From IMG/VR virus record IMGVR_UViG_3300048833_000741, positions 1 through 30,493 of that record: a DNA stretch of 30,493 bases. One strand, 5' to 3'. The stretch comes from a virus. Taxonomy: Duplodnaviria; Caudoviricetes. Position 1 is the stretch's first letter, and every line of letters starts with the position of its first letter. Below the pieces are notes generated by a model that made no database searches, was not told the origin of the DNA, and worked only from the letters and a program-made list of their open reading frames with translations. The position numbers and the translations under genes were made by a program. Of the stretch, positions 16,806-27,500 are shown piece after piece.

Positions 16806-17225
16806 ATGCCCACCCCCCGCGAAACCATCCTCGCCGCGCTGCACGCGCGGCTTTCGGCGTTGCCCGCCACCGCCCTGCGCGGCGACGTGCTGCCAGAGCG
16901 CGTGCCAACCCCAGGCCTCCTGATCCTGCGCGACGGCGAACCGGGGGAGCCCGAGGTGACGCTTTCGCCGCTGCGCTATCACTACCAGCACAGAGCGGAG
17001 ATCGAGGCCGTCGTGCAGGGTGCCACCCGTGATGCCACTTTCGACACGCTCTGCGCCAGTGTCGGCGCGGCGATTGCCGCCGACCGCACGCTGGGCGGCC
17101 TTTGTGACTGGGTCGAGGCGGAAGCGCCGCGTCCGGTTGACCTGCCCGTGGAGGGTGCTGCCAGCCTGAAGGCGGCGGTCATCCCCGTAATCCTGCACTA
17201 TTCCACGGCCGACCCACTCGGCTGA
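16806..17225 (+). CDS. Putative tail terminator protein
   Basis: MPTPRETILAAL..DRTLGGL; 139 aa immediately before the tail tube gene. Confidence 0.72.
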   Translation: MPTPRETILAALHARLSALPATALRGDVLPERVPTPGLLILRDGEPGEPEVTLSPLRYHYQHRAEIEAVVQGATRDATFDTLCASVGAAIAADRTLGGLCDWVEAEAPRPVDLPVEGAASLKAAVIPVILHYSTADPLG

Positions 17226-17249
17226 CCCCAATCACGATAGGAGAACACG

Positions 17250-18188
17250 ATGGCACGAGCCCATGGGGCGCGGGCGCAGATGGCGCTTGCGTTCGAAACC
17301 GTCTATGGCACCGCGCCCGCCACGGGCTATCGCACCGTGCCCTTCGCCAGCACCACGCTCGGCTCCGAACAGCCTCTGATCGCCTCGGAGTTGCTGGGCC
17401 AGGGGCGCGATCCGCTTGCTCCGATCAAGGATGCGGTCACTGCCGATGGCGATGTCGTCGTGCCGATCGACGTCGAGAACCTTGGGCTGTGGCTGAAGGC
17501 GGCATTTGGTTCGCCTACGACTTCCGGCACCACGCCCAAGACCCACACCTTCCAGTCGGGCAACTGGACGCTGCCCTCGATGGCCATCGAGACGGCGATG
17601 CCCGAGGTGCCGCGCTACGCGATGTACAGCGGTTGCGTCTGCGATCAGCTTTCGTGGCAGATGGCGCGCTCTGGCCTGCTGACCGCGACCGCACGGCTGG
17701 TGGCGCAGGGAGAAAACGTCGCAGCCACCACGGCCGCTGGCACGCCGACCTCGCTGGCGCTGCAGCGGTTCGGGCATTTCAACGGGGCGATCACGCGCAA
17801 TGGCTCGCCGCTCGGCAACGTCATTTCGGCCGAGGTGACCTATTCCAACGGCCTCGACCGGATCGAGACCATCCGTTCGGACGGACGCATCGAAGGGGCC
17901 GACCCTGGCATGGCTGCGCTGACCGGCCGGGTGGAGGTGCGTTTCGCCGACAGCACGTTGATCACGCAGGCCATCGACGGCACGCCGTGCGAGCTGGTCT
18001 TCGCTTGGAGCCTCGGAGCCAACGCCAGCTTCACCTTCACCGCCCATGCCGTCTACCTGCCGCGTCCTCGGATCGAGATCCCGGGCCCGCAGGGCATCCA
18101 GGCCACCTTCGACTGGCAGGCCACCAAGGCCGTCAGCCCCGCCCGCATGTGTACCGCCGTCCTCGTCAACACTGTTGTGAGCTATTGA
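17250..18188 (+). CDS. Tail tube (major tail) protein
   Basis: AGGAG RBS; AFETVYG, HTF and YSNGL motifs; beta-rich, 312 aa; upstream of the chaperone and tape measure. Confidence 0.88.
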   Translation: MARAHGARAQMALAFETVYGTAPATGYRTVPFASTTLGSEQPLIASELLGQGRDPLAPIKDAVTADGDVVVPIDVENLGLWLKAAFGSPTTSGTTPKTHTFQSGNWTLPSMAIETAMPEVPRYAMYSGCVCDQLSWQMARSGLLTATARLVAQGENVAATTAAGTPTSLALQRFGHFNGAITRNGSPLGNVISAEVTYSNGLDRIETIRSDGRIEGADPGMAALTGRVEVRFADSTLITQAIDGTPCELVFAWSLGANASFTFTAHAVYLPRPRIEIPGPQGIQATFDWQATKAVSPARMCTAVLVNTVVSY

Positions 18189-18190
18189 TC

Positions 18191-18628
18191 ATGATCAGAC
18201 TGAACCTGACTGCCCACCCTTCATGGCTGGCCCTCGCCCCCGGCCTTCGACTGCAAGTCGCTCCGCTGACCACCGCCTTGATGGTCTCGGCGCGTGCCGA
18301 CCCGGCCATCGAAGCCCTGCCGGACACCGCGACGCAGGAGGAACTGGCGCTGGCCATGGCCAAGGCAGTCGCCCGGCGTGCCGTGCTGGATTGGGAGGGC
18401 GTTGGCGATGACGCGGGTGATCCTGTCCCGGTCTCGCCCGAAGGCATCGATGCAATGCTGGAAATCTGGCCGGTCTTTGAAGCCTTCCAGACCCAATATG
18501 TCGCCAAAGGCCTGATCCTGGACGCGGAAAAAAACGTCTCCGCGCCCTTGCCGAATGGTCCTTCGGCGGGGGCGACCGGTACTGCGCGGCCTGCGCGGGG
18601 CGCTGCCTCGACTGCCCTGCAAGACTGA
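18191..18628 (+). CDS. Tail assembly chaperone (gpG-like)
   Basis: VLDWEGVGD motif; position; contains the A-AAA-AAC slippery site. Confidence 0.85.
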   Translation: MIRLNLTAHPSWLALAPGLRLQVAPLTTALMVSARADPAIEALPDTATQEELALAMAKAVARRAVLDWEGVGDDAGDPVPVSPEGIDAMLEIWPVFEAFQTQYVAKGLILDAEKNVSAPLPNGPSAGATGTARPARGAASTALQD

Positions 18629-18855
18629 ACAAGCCGCAGACAGAAGATGGCTGGCAGGTCTGGGATCTGGTCGGCCGCCTTGGGGGCCAATTGCGCGTGA
18701 TCCCCGGCGCGGTGCTCGGCTGGGACATGGGCGCGGCGCTGGCTATGGCCCATGCCCTCGGGATCGACGCCCTGATCGCCGCCGAACTGCTGCCCGAGAT
18801 CGAGGCGGTCATGGTGCGCAAGCTGAACGAACAGATCGGAGAGGGACATGGCTGA
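18191..18855 (+). CDS. Tail assembly chaperone gpGT-like product via -1 frameshift at 18529-18535
   Basis: -1 frame open from the slippery site to TGA 18853-18855 (RLRALAEWSF..GWQVWDL..LLPEIEAVMV..), overlapping the tape-measure start. Confidence 0.82.
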
Positions 18856-21295
18856 GAAGAGGGTCTCTGTCCGGCTGGTCGCGGAAGGCGGCCGTCAGGT
18901 CCGGGCCGAGTTGGAAGGGATCGGCGAGGCGGGCACGCGCGGGTTTGGCCGCTTGTCGTCGGAGATGGAACAGGCCAATGCCCGACTTGGCAGCTTTGCC
19001 CGGAAAGCCGGGATTGCGCTGGCGGCGGTGGCGGCCGCCGCAGCCGCTGCGGGTGTGGCGATGGTCCGTTCGGGGCTCGACGTCATCGGCGCGCAGGCGG
19101 ACATGGCAGCCTCGCTCAGGACCACGGTCGAAAGCCTGCAGGTGCTGACATGGGCTGGGGAACTGGCCGGTGTGTCGATGGGCGAGATCGAACAGGCGAC
19201 CAAGAAGTTAACCACGCGGTTGTCGGAAGCGGCGGCTGGGTCCGGATCGGCTGTTGGGGCCTTGCAACGGCTGAACCTGACGGCCGCCGAACTGCAAGCC
19301 CTACCGCTCGACCAGCGCATTGTCGCCATTCAGGGAGCGCTGAACCAGTTCGTGCCCGAGGCCGAACGCGCCGCCGTGGCATCTGATCTTTTCGGCGACC
19401 GGGCCGCACTGGCCTTTCTGCGCATCGACGCCGCCACCTTGCGGGAAGCGGCGCAGGACGTGCAGGAATTCGGGGTGGCGGTGAGTGCGGCCGACGCGAT
19501 GCAGATCGAACGCACCGGCGATGCCATCGCCAAGTTGAGCCTGATCTGGCTTGGCCTGACCAACCGCCTGACCGCTGCCGTCGCCCCGGCGCTGGAGACG
19601 GTGGCGACTGCACTGGCCGATATGGCGCGCGGCACCGGGCCCATCGGCGGTGCAATCACCGTCGTCTTTGACAATCTCGCACGGCTTGCCACCTATGCGG
19701 CGACCTTCGCCGCCTTCATGGCCGGTCGCTGGGTGGCAGGGCTGGCCGTCGCCGCGCTGTCCGTGCGCGGCCTCGCCACGGCGCTGGTCTTCCTGCGCGG
19801 CGCACTGATCCGAACCGGCATCGGGGCGTTGATCGTTGGCGCGGGGGAACTGGTCTATCAGTTCTCGCAGCTTGTGACCCGTGTCGGCGGTGTGGGCGAG
19901 GCCTTCCGCCTGCTGGGTGATCTCGCAAAGGAAGTCTGGTCGCGCATCGGCCTGTCACTCGATGCGCCCTTTGCTATTATGGCCGCTGGCTGGGAGGGTT
20001 TGAAAGCTGCCGGGCTGTCGGCGCTCGAAGGCACCATCGCGGGCGTGGTCAGCTTCGGCGACCGGACAGCCGCCATTTTCCAGGGGGCATATGACGCGGC
20101 GGTGGCGATCTGGGGCAGTCTGCCCGGCGCCATCGGCGATTTTGCCTTCCAGGCGGCGAATGGACTGATCTCAGGTGTCGAGGCGATGCTGAATGGCGTC
20201 GTCACGCGCATCAACAATTTCATCAACGGGCTGAACGCGGCCTTGGAACTGCTGCCGGACTGGGCGGTGGGCGAAGGTGGGGTGCGGATCGGTACGCTCG
20301 ACCCAGTGGAACTGGCGCGGATCGGGAACCCGTTCGAGGGTGCTGCGACGGCCGCAGGCGCTGCCGCCGCCGATGCCTTTTCGGCCGCGCTGTCGCAGAC
20401 TTACCTCGAGCCGCCTGACCTCGGCCTCGGTGCCATGGCCGAGGATGCCCGAGCCCGGGCCGACGGCTATCGCGAGGCCGCAGGCATGCTGGCCGATGCC
20501 GCCGGTCGGCCGCTCGCCAGCTGGCAGGCGCTGAAGGATGCGGTGACCGGCACGGGGACCGAGGCAGAGACCGCCCTGGCAGATGCCGCCGCCTCGGCCG
20601 ATGCCCTGACCACCGGTCTGAACGATACGGCCACCGCCGCCGACGGCGCTGGTGGCGCAGCACGCAACGCGGGCGTTGCAGCCGCCGAGGGCGCGGATAC
20701 GGCCCTCACGGGCTGGCAGGCCGTAACCGCTGCTTTGGCCGACTACGCCGCCAAGGCGCGCGACATTGGCGGAGACATCGGCAGCGCGCTGGTCGGGGCT
20801 TTCACGTCCGCCGAGAACGCGGTGGGCGAGTTCGTCAAGACCGGCAAGCTCGATTTCCGCGATCTGGTCACGTCGATGATCGCCGATCTGGCCAAGCTGG
20901 CGGCGCGGACATTCATCCTAGGCCCCATCGCAAACGCACTGTCCGGAGCCCTTGGCGGTGCGGGCGGGATCTTCGCCAACATCCTGCATTCGGGCGGCAT
21001 GGTCGGATCGCCGAGCCCCGGTCGTATGGTTCCCGCGCTGGCCTTTGCCAATGCCTCGCGCATGCATGCGGGCGGATGGGCCGGGATCAAGCCAGACGAG
21101 GTTCCGGCGATCCTGCAGAAGGGCGAGCGTGTCCTCTCTCGACGCGAGGCTGCTGGATATGGCCAAGGCTCATCCAGCGCACCCGCCGTCAATGTCACCA
21201 TCATGGCGCGCGATGCCGAAAGCTTCCGGCAGTCCCGGACGCAGGTGGCAAGCGACATCGCTCGCGCCGTGTCGCTGGGTCGGAGGGGCATGTGA
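18848..21295 (+). CDS. Tail tape measure protein
   Basis: 815 aa, Ala/Gly-rich helical; FVKTGKLDFRDL C-terminal region and HAGG..DEVPAILQKGERVL. Confidence 0.93.
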   Translation: MAEKRVSVRLVAEGGRQVRAELEGIGEAGTRGFGRLSSEMEQANARLGSFARKAGIALAAVAAAAAAAGVAMVRSGLDVIGAQADMAASLRTTVESLQVLTWAGELAGVSMGEIEQATKKLTTRLSEAAAGSGSAVGALQRLNLTAAELQALPLDQRIVAIQGALNQFVPEAERAAVASDLFGDRAALAFLRIDAATLREAAQDVQEFGVAVSAADAMQIERTGDAIAKLSLIWLGLTNRLTAAVAPALETVATALADMARGTGPIGGAITVVFDNLARLATYAATFAAFMAGRWVAGLAVAALSVRGLATALVFLRGALIRTGIGALIVGAGELVYQFSQLVTRVGGVGEAFRLLGDLAKEVWSRIGLSLDAPFAIMAAGWEGLKAAGLSALEGTIAGVVSFGDRTAAIFQGAYDAAVAIWGSLPGAIGDFAFQAANGLISGVEAMLNGVVTRINNFINGLNAALELLPDWAVGEGGVRIGTLDPVELARIGNPFEGAATAAGAAAADAFSAALSQTYLEPPDLGLGAMAEDARARADGYREAAGMLADAAGRPLASWQALKDAVTGTGTEAETALADAAASADALTTGLNDTATAADGAGGAARNAGVAAAEGADTALTGWQAVTAALADYAAKARDIGGDIGSALVGAFTSAENAVGEFVKTGKLDFRDLVTSMIADLAKLAARTFILGPIANALSGALGGAGGIFANILHSGGMVGSPSPGRMVPALAFANASRMHAGGWAGIKPDEVPAILQKGERVLSRREAAGYGQGSSSAPAVNVTIMARDAESFRQSRTQVASDIARAVSLGRRGM

Positions 21296-21921
21296 TGGCA
21301 TTTCACGAAGTTCGTTTCCCCGACAACATCAGCCGCGGGGCGCGCGGGGGACCGGAACGGCGCACGCAAGTGGTCGAACTGGCCTCTGGCGACGAGGAGC
21401 GCAACGCCAGCTGGGCCAACTCGCGCCGCCGCTATGATGTCGCCTACGGCATCCGCCGCGCCGACGATCTGGCGGCGGTCGTGGCCTTCTTCGAAGCCCG
21501 CAACGGCCGCCTGCATGGCTTCCGCTACAAGGACTGGGCGGACTACAAGTCCTGTCAGCCGTCGCAGGCGGTGGCCCCGACCGACCAGCCCATCGGCACC
21601 GGCAATGATGCTGTCACCACCTTCGCCCTGCTGAAGCGCTACACTTCTGGGGCGCAAAGCTGGACCCGCGCCATTGCCAAGCCGGTGGCCGGCACGGTCC
21701 GCCTCGCCCTGAACGGCGTCGAGCAGATGTCCGGCTGGAGCGTCAATACCACCACCGGCAGCGTCACCTTCACCACCGCCCCCGGCGCGGGCGTGGCGAT
21801 CACGGCTGGCTTCGAGTTCGACGTCCCGGTCCGCTTCGACACCGACCAGCTCGACGTCACGCTCGATCTCGAGCGGCTGGGGTCGATCACGTCCATTCCA
21901 CTGCTGGAGATCCGGCGATGA
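21295..21921 (+). CDS. DUF2460/TIGR02217 distal tail protein (RcGTA g12-like)
   Basis: TGATG coupling; FHEVRFP..GGPER..FFEARNG..GFRYKDW..FDVPVRFD. Confidence 0.92.
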   Translation: MAFHEVRFPDNISRGARGGPERRTQVVELASGDEERNASWANSRRRYDVAYGIRRADDLAAVVAFFEARNGRLHGFRYKDWADYKSCQPSQAVAPTDQPIGTGNDAVTTFALLKRYTSGAQSWTRAIAKPVAGTVRLALNGVEQMSGWSVNTTTGSVTFTTAPGAGVAITAGFEFDVPVRFDTDQLDVTLDLERLGSITSIPLLEIRR

Positions 21922-22268
21922 ACGAAGAAACCGGCTTTGTCGCGGCTGGGCTGCGTGACTTGGCGACCTCCACCGCCGTCATCCTGGCGGCCTGGGGCGC
22001 GCTCGGCGGAGCGACCAATGCCCTGACCACCCGGATGCGGCTGCGCGACGCCCTGCGCCACATCCTGCTCGGCGGTCTGATCGCGGCAGGGATGGGCAGC
22101 CTGTCCATGGCGGTGATCACCGCCTGGCTCAGCCTGCCGTCGCAGGCGATCCCGGCCGGGGGGGCGGCGGGGTCGGCCGCCTATCTTGTCGGCGTCTTCG
22201 GTCCCGCCTTCATCGAGGTCGTGCTCGCCCGGCTGCGCAGCGGCAAGGGGGGCACCCCCGATGCATGA
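21918..22268 (+). CDS. Putative holin (about 3 TM helices)
   Basis: Hydrophobic 116 aa with a basic C-terminus, upstream of the lysozyme. Confidence 0.65.
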   Translation: MNEETGFVAAGLRDLATSTAVILAAWGALGGATNALTTRMRLRDALRHILLGGLIAAGMGSLSMAVITAWLSLPSQAIPAGGAAGSAAYLVGVFGPAFIEVVLARLRSGKGGTPDA

Positions 22269-22395
22269 ACTGATCCGTCTCGCGCGCGCCATTCGTTGCG
22301 ATGCCGTCGGTCCCGCGCAGGCCTTCAGCCACCGCCTGCGCATAGGCCTGCTGGTCGCCGCCCTGATCCTGATCCTTTCCTCCGTCTTCGGGTGA
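22261..22395 (+). CDS. Small membrane protein (44 aa) in the lysis cassette
   Basis: Overlaps the holin stop; C-terminal TM IGLLVAALILILSSVFG. Confidence 0.55.
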   Translation: MHELIRLARAIRCDAVGPAQAFSHRLRIGLLVAALILILSSVFG

Positions 22396-22399
22396 TCCC

Positions 22400-23068
22400 A
22401 TGCACATGACCGACCGGGGCCTGCTGGCCCTTGTCCGGCACGAAGGACTCGTGCCCGGACCCTATCTCGATGTCAAAAACGTCTGGACCTTCGGCATCGG
22501 CCACACTGCCTCGGCGGGGAGGCCCGATCCGGCCCAGCTGCCGCGCGGCATGCCCGCCGATCTCGATGTAGGGATCCGCGAAGCGTTCCGGCTCTTCCGC
22601 GCAGACATTGTGGCCTACGAGGCGGAGGTGTCGCGCGCGGTGAGGGTGCCACTGGAACCGCACGAGTTCGATGCGCTGGTCAGTTTCCACTACAACACTG
22701 GCGGCATCGCCAAGGCATCGCTGACCCGTCATCTGAACGCGGGCAACCGCGCCGCCGCTGCACAGGCATTCATGGGCTGGCTGCGCCCCGCCGCGATCCG
22801 CTCACGGCGCGAGGCCGAACGCGATCTGTTCCGCGATGGCCGCTATCCGGCCGGCACCATCCCGGTCTGGGCGGTGGATCGCAACGGCCGGGTCGATTTC
22901 TCGCGGCCGGTCCGACGGCTGACCGAGACCGAGGCGCTGGCATTGCTGCGCCCGGCGAGCCAGCCGGTGCCGCCGCCCCTGCCAATACCAGTGCCAAACC
23001 AATCGCCTGGCACCCGGTCGTGGTGGCAGCGGCTGATGGATTCTCTCAAAGGAAAGGCAACATCATGA
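22400..23068 (+). CDS. Endolysin, GH24 phage lysozyme
   Basis: E-x8-D-x5-T triad (HEGLVPGPYLDVKNVWTFGIGHT), FDALVSFHYNTG, RREAERDLF. Confidence 0.93.
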   Translation: MHMTDRGLLALVRHEGLVPGPYLDVKNVWTFGIGHTASAGRPDPAQLPRGMPADLDVGIREAFRLFRADIVAYEAEVSRAVRVPLEPHEFDALVSFHYNTGGIAKASLTRHLNAGNRAAAAQAFMGWLRPAAIRSRREAERDLFRDGRYPAGTIPVWAVDRNGRVDFSRPVRRLTETEALALLRPASQPVPPPLPIPVPNQSPGTRSWWQRLMDSLKGKATS

Positions 23069-23274
23069 ACTGGAACCTTGCACGCGGGCTGGTCTATCTG
23101 GCTTGTCTAGTCGCATCTGGCCTGGCCATGGCCGGGCTGGCGGATTTCGATCTGGCGACCGGCAGCTTCGACCTGCGTCCGTTCAATCTCTACGCCCTGA
23201 CCGGCACGGCCGGGGGCGTGGTCTCGTCCGCGCTGGCCTCGGTCGCCCTGTGGCGCGGTTGGGGGCGGAAGTGA
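23065..23274 (+). CDS. Small membrane protein (69 aa, two hydrophobic segments)
   Basis: ATGA overlap with the lysozyme stop, GTGA overlap with the next gene; purine-rich RBS. Confidence 0.7.
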   Translation: MNWNLARGLVYLACLVASGLAMAGLADFDLATGSFDLRPFNLYALTGTAGGVVSSALASVALWRGWGRK

Positions 23275-24155
23275 AGGCCCTCCCGCCCGCACTGCAAGCC
23301 CACCTCGACGAGGGCACGACCACGCTGGCCTGGTGCTGGCGGATCATGCGGGCCGATGGGGTGACGTTCGGCTTCACCGATCATGATCGCACCCTAAGCT
23401 TCGATGGCACCGATTTCGAACCGGAGAGCGGCTTTGCGGCCTCGGAGGTGCGCTCGGGATCCGACCTTTCCGTCGATGCGCAGGATGCCCAAGGTGTCTT
23501 GTCATCCGACCGGATCACAGAAACCGACATCCTCGACGGCCGCTGGGACAATGCGGCCGTCGAGGTCTGGCGGGTGAACTGGGCCGCGACATCCCAGCGA
23601 TTGCTGATGCGACGCGGCGCCATTGGCCAGATCAGGCGGGGACGGCTGGCCTTCGTGGCCGAGGTGCGATCGCTGGCCCATGTCCTCGGCCAGACCGTCG
23701 GGCGGACGTTTCAGGCGACATGCGATGCCGCCCTTGGCGACGCGCGCTGCGGGGTCGATCTCGAGGCCACAGCCTTCAAGGGAACAGGCGCGATCATCGA
23801 CCTGCTGCGCGACCGCGCCTTCACCGCCTCGGGGCTTGCCGGTTTCACCTCCGGTTGGTTCACCTTCGGCACCCTCGACTGGACCAGCGGGGCCAATGTC
23901 GGGCGGCGGGCCGAGGTATTGTCGCACGACCTCATCGACGGCGTCGCCGTGCTGACGCTGCTGGAAGCCCCGGTGCGCGCCATTGCCGGGTCGGACACCT
24001 TCACCATTCGCGCAGGATGCGACAAGCGCATCGCGACCTGTGGCACGAAGTTCGCCAATGTCGCCAACTTCCGGGGCTTTCCCAATATCCCCGGCCAGGA
24101 TGCTGTCCTGCGCTATGCCACCACTGACGGCGGCCACGAGGGGGCGGTGTTGTGA
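23271..24155 (+). CDS. DUF2163/TIGR02218 baseplate hub protein (RcGTA g13-like)
   Basis: GFTDHD, CDAALGDARC and GCDKRIATCGTKFANVANFRGFP. Confidence 0.93.
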   Translation: MKALPPALQAHLDEGTTTLAWCWRIMRADGVTFGFTDHDRTLSFDGTDFEPESGFAASEVRSGSDLSVDAQDAQGVLSSDRITETDILDGRWDNAAVEVWRVNWAATSQRLLMRRGAIGQIRRGRLAFVAEVRSLAHVLGQTVGRTFQATCDAALGDARCGVDLEATAFKGTGAIIDLLRDRAFTASGLAGFTSGWFTFGTLDWTSGANVGRRAEVLSHDLIDGVAVLTLLEAPVRAIAGSDTFTIRAGCDKRIATCGTKFANVANFRGFPNIPGQDAVLRYATTDGGHEGAVL

Positions 24156-24586
24156 AAGCGGCCGATCCCGATACGGTCATCGCCGTCGCCCGGTCCTAGC
24201 TCGCTACGCCCTACCACGATCAATCCAGCCTGAAGGGCGTCGGCTGTGATTGCCTCGGCCTTGCGCGCGGTGTCTGGCGCGAGGTGGTGGGCCCCGAACC
24301 ATTCCCGATCCCGCCCTACAGTCGGGACTGGGGCGAAAGCGGGCAGCGCGATGTGCTGGCTGAGGGCGCGCGCCGGATGATGCCGGAGATTGCGCCCAAC
24401 GACGCGTCACCCGGCGCGCTGATCCTGTTCCGCATGATGCCGCGCGCCATTGCCAAGCATGTGGGCATCCTGACCGGCCCCGACACCTTCCTGCACGCCT
24501 ACGAGCGCCTTGGGGTCATCGAGGAACCGCTGACCCCAACGTGGCGACGCCGCATCGCCTTCGCCTTCTTCTTTCCCAAACGCTGA
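24152..24586 (+). pseudogene. NlpC/P60 tail peptidase (RcGTA g14-like) with in-frame TAG at 24197-24199
   Basis: Reads MKAADPDTVIAVARS*LATPYHDQSSLKGVGCDCLGL..KHVGI..FLHAY; the stop sits where W of the usual W-x-G-T-P-Y motif is expected. Confidence 0.85.
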
Positions 24587-24595
24587 GAGTTTTCC

Positions 24596-27500
24596 ATGGC
24601 AACCCTCGTCCTCGGCGCTGTCGGCACTGCCATCGGCGGGGCCTTTGGCGGCGCGATCCTCGGTTTCTCCGGCGCAGCCATCGGCGGCTTCATCGGATCG
24701 ACCGTGGGTTCCGTGGTCGACAGCTGGATCGTGTCCTCGCTGGCCCCGGCACAGCGGATCGAGGGTGCACGGCTCGACACACTGCGCATCACCTCGGCCA
24801 CCGAAGGTGCGGTGATCCTGCGGCTTTACGGCCGCATGCGCATCGGCGGCAACATCATCTGGGCCACCGATTTCCGCGAGGAGACCAAAACCACGACCCA
24901 AGGCGGCGGCAAGGGTGGCGGGGGTGGCAAGGTCAAGACCACCGAATACCTCTACTATGCCAGCTTCGCCGTGGCGCTGTGCGAAGGGCCGATCACCGGC
25001 ATCGGCCGCGTCTGGGCCGACGGCAAGGCGATGGACATGACCGGCGTGACCTGGCGGTGGTATCCCGGCAACGAGACGCAGACCGCCGATCCCTTCATCG
25101 CCGCCAAGATGGGGGCGGCCAATACGCCCGCCTATCGCGGCACGGCCTATGTCGTGTTCGAGGATCTGGCGCTGGCCACCTTCGGCAACCGCCTGCCGCA
25201 ACTGTCGTTCGAGGTTTTCCGCCCGCTGGCCGATGCCGACACCGCAGAGGGGCTGACCCGTGCCGTCACCCTGATCCCGGCCTCGGGCGAGTTCACCTAT
25301 GCCACTGACGCCATTCGCAAGGGCAGCGGCGGTGCCACTGTCGCGGAGAATCTGAACGCGCTGCCAGATCAACCGGACATCGTTGTGGCGCTGGACCGGC
25401 TGCAGGCCATGGCCCCGGCGGTTGAAAGCGTCAGCCTCGTCGTTGCCTGGTTCGGCAACGACCTGCGCGCGGGATTCTGCAAGGTGAAACCGGGTGTCGA
25501 GGTTGCCACAAAGGCCACAACGCCCACCAACTGGTCGGTGAACGGGGTCAGCCGGGCCAGCGCCCATCTGGTCAGCCGCGACGCCGAGGATCGCCCGGTC
25601 TATGGCGGCACGCCGGCGGACTTTGCCGTGGTGCAGGCGATCCAGGAGTTGAAGGCGCGCGGGCTTCGGGTGACCTTCTATCCCTTCCTGCTGATGGATG
25701 TGCCCCCCGGCAACACCCTGCCGAACCCCTACAGCGCCAACGCCGCCACGCCCGGCCAGCCTGCCTTCCCGTGGCGGGGGCGGATCACCTGTTCTCCGGC
25801 TGCTGGCTTTGTCGGATCGGTCGACAAGACCGGCACGGCCGCAACGCAGGTGTCGGCGCTGTTCGGGGCGGCGACACCGGGGAATTTCAGCGTGTCGGGC
25901 GAGAGCGTCAGCTTCACCGGTTCGCCCAGCGACTGGGGTCTGCGCCGCATGGTGCTGCATTACGCGCACCTTTGCGCGGCTGCGGGCGGAGTCGATGCTT
26001 TCCTGATCGGCACCGAGATGCCCGGCCTAACCACCATCCGCTCGGGGACCAGCAGCTATCCCGCGGTCACCGCCTTCAAGACCCTCGCGGCCGACGTGAG
26101 CAGCATCCTCGGGGCAGGCACCAAGATCGGTTATGCCGCCGACTGGTCGGAATACTTCGGTCACCATCCGCAAGACGGCAGCAGCGATGTTTACTTCCAC
26201 CTCGACCCGCTCTGGTCGGATGCCAACATCGACTTCGTGGGCATCGACAATTACCTGCCGCTATCCGACTGGCGCGACGGCTTCGACCATGCCGATGCCC
26301 TTGAAGGCTGGCCCGCAATCTACGACCGCGCCTATCTGCAGGCGAACATCGCCGGGGGCGAAGGCTTCGACTGGTTCTATGCCAGCGCCGCCGACCGCTC
26401 CGCGCAAGTCCGCACGGCCATCACTGATGGCGCGGCGGGGAAGCCGTGGGTTTTCCGCCCAAAGGATATCCGCGCTTGGTGGCAGAGCCAGCATTTCAAC
26501 CGGCCGGGCGGGGTGGAAAGCGGCTTGGCCACCGCTTGGGTGCCGCAATCGAAACCCATCCGCTTCACCGAACTTGGCTGCCCGGCCATCGACCGGGGTA
26601 CGAACCAGCCGAACGTCTTCTTCGACCCGAAGTCGTCTGAGAGCTTCACGCCGTATTTCTCGCGCGGATGGCGCGACGATGCGATCCAGCGCGCCTATCT
26701 GGAAGCCAGCTACCTGCATTGGGGAGACCCGGCCAATAACCAGCTGTCGTCTGTCTATGGCGGCCGCATGGTGCACTTGCCGGAATGCGCTGCATGGACC
26801 TGGGACGCGCGGCCCTATCCTTTCTTCCCCGAACTGACGGACGTCTGGACCGATGGGCCGAACTGGCGGCTGGGCCACTGGCTGACCGGGCGGCTGGGGG
26901 CGGTGTCGCTGGCCGCGCTGGTTCGGCATCTCTGCCTGCGCGCCGGGATGCCGGAGGCGCTGATCGATGTCACCGGGCTCTGGGGGGCTGTCGAAGGCTA
27001 TGCCATCAGCGCACTGGAAGCGCCGCGATCTTCGATCAGCACGCTGGCCCGGCATTTCGGGTTCGATGCGATCGAGACGGAAGGCATGATCCGCTTCGTC
27101 ATGCGCGGGCGGGCGTCGGTTCTGACCTTGGCACATGACGACCTTGTGGCGTCCCGCGAAGGCGAGGCACTGGAACTGGTCCGCGCGCAGGAAACCGAAC
27201 TGCCGCAGGCGCTGAAATGGCAGGTGGCCCGGGCGGACGAGGATTATGACGCGGCCCTTGTCGAAGCGCGCCGCATCACCGTCGACACCACCCGCATCGC
27301 GTCCGAGTCCTTTCCGATGGCAATCCCGCCCGAGGAGGCCGAACGCCGCTGCCGCCGCGCGCTGATGGAAGCCTGGATCGGCCGCGAAAGTGCGACCTTC
27401 CGGCTGCCGCCTTCTCGGCTGGCGCTGGACCCAGCCGACGTGATCCGGCTGGTCCATGACGGCCGCGAGATCGAGTTGCGCCTTGTGTCCATCGCCGATT

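Noticed and set aside
23065-23110. Lipoprotein signal (VYLAC) suggesting a unimolecular spanin
   Set aside because: Non-canonical lipobox, Cys lies mid-helix, and the protein is probably too short to span the periplasm
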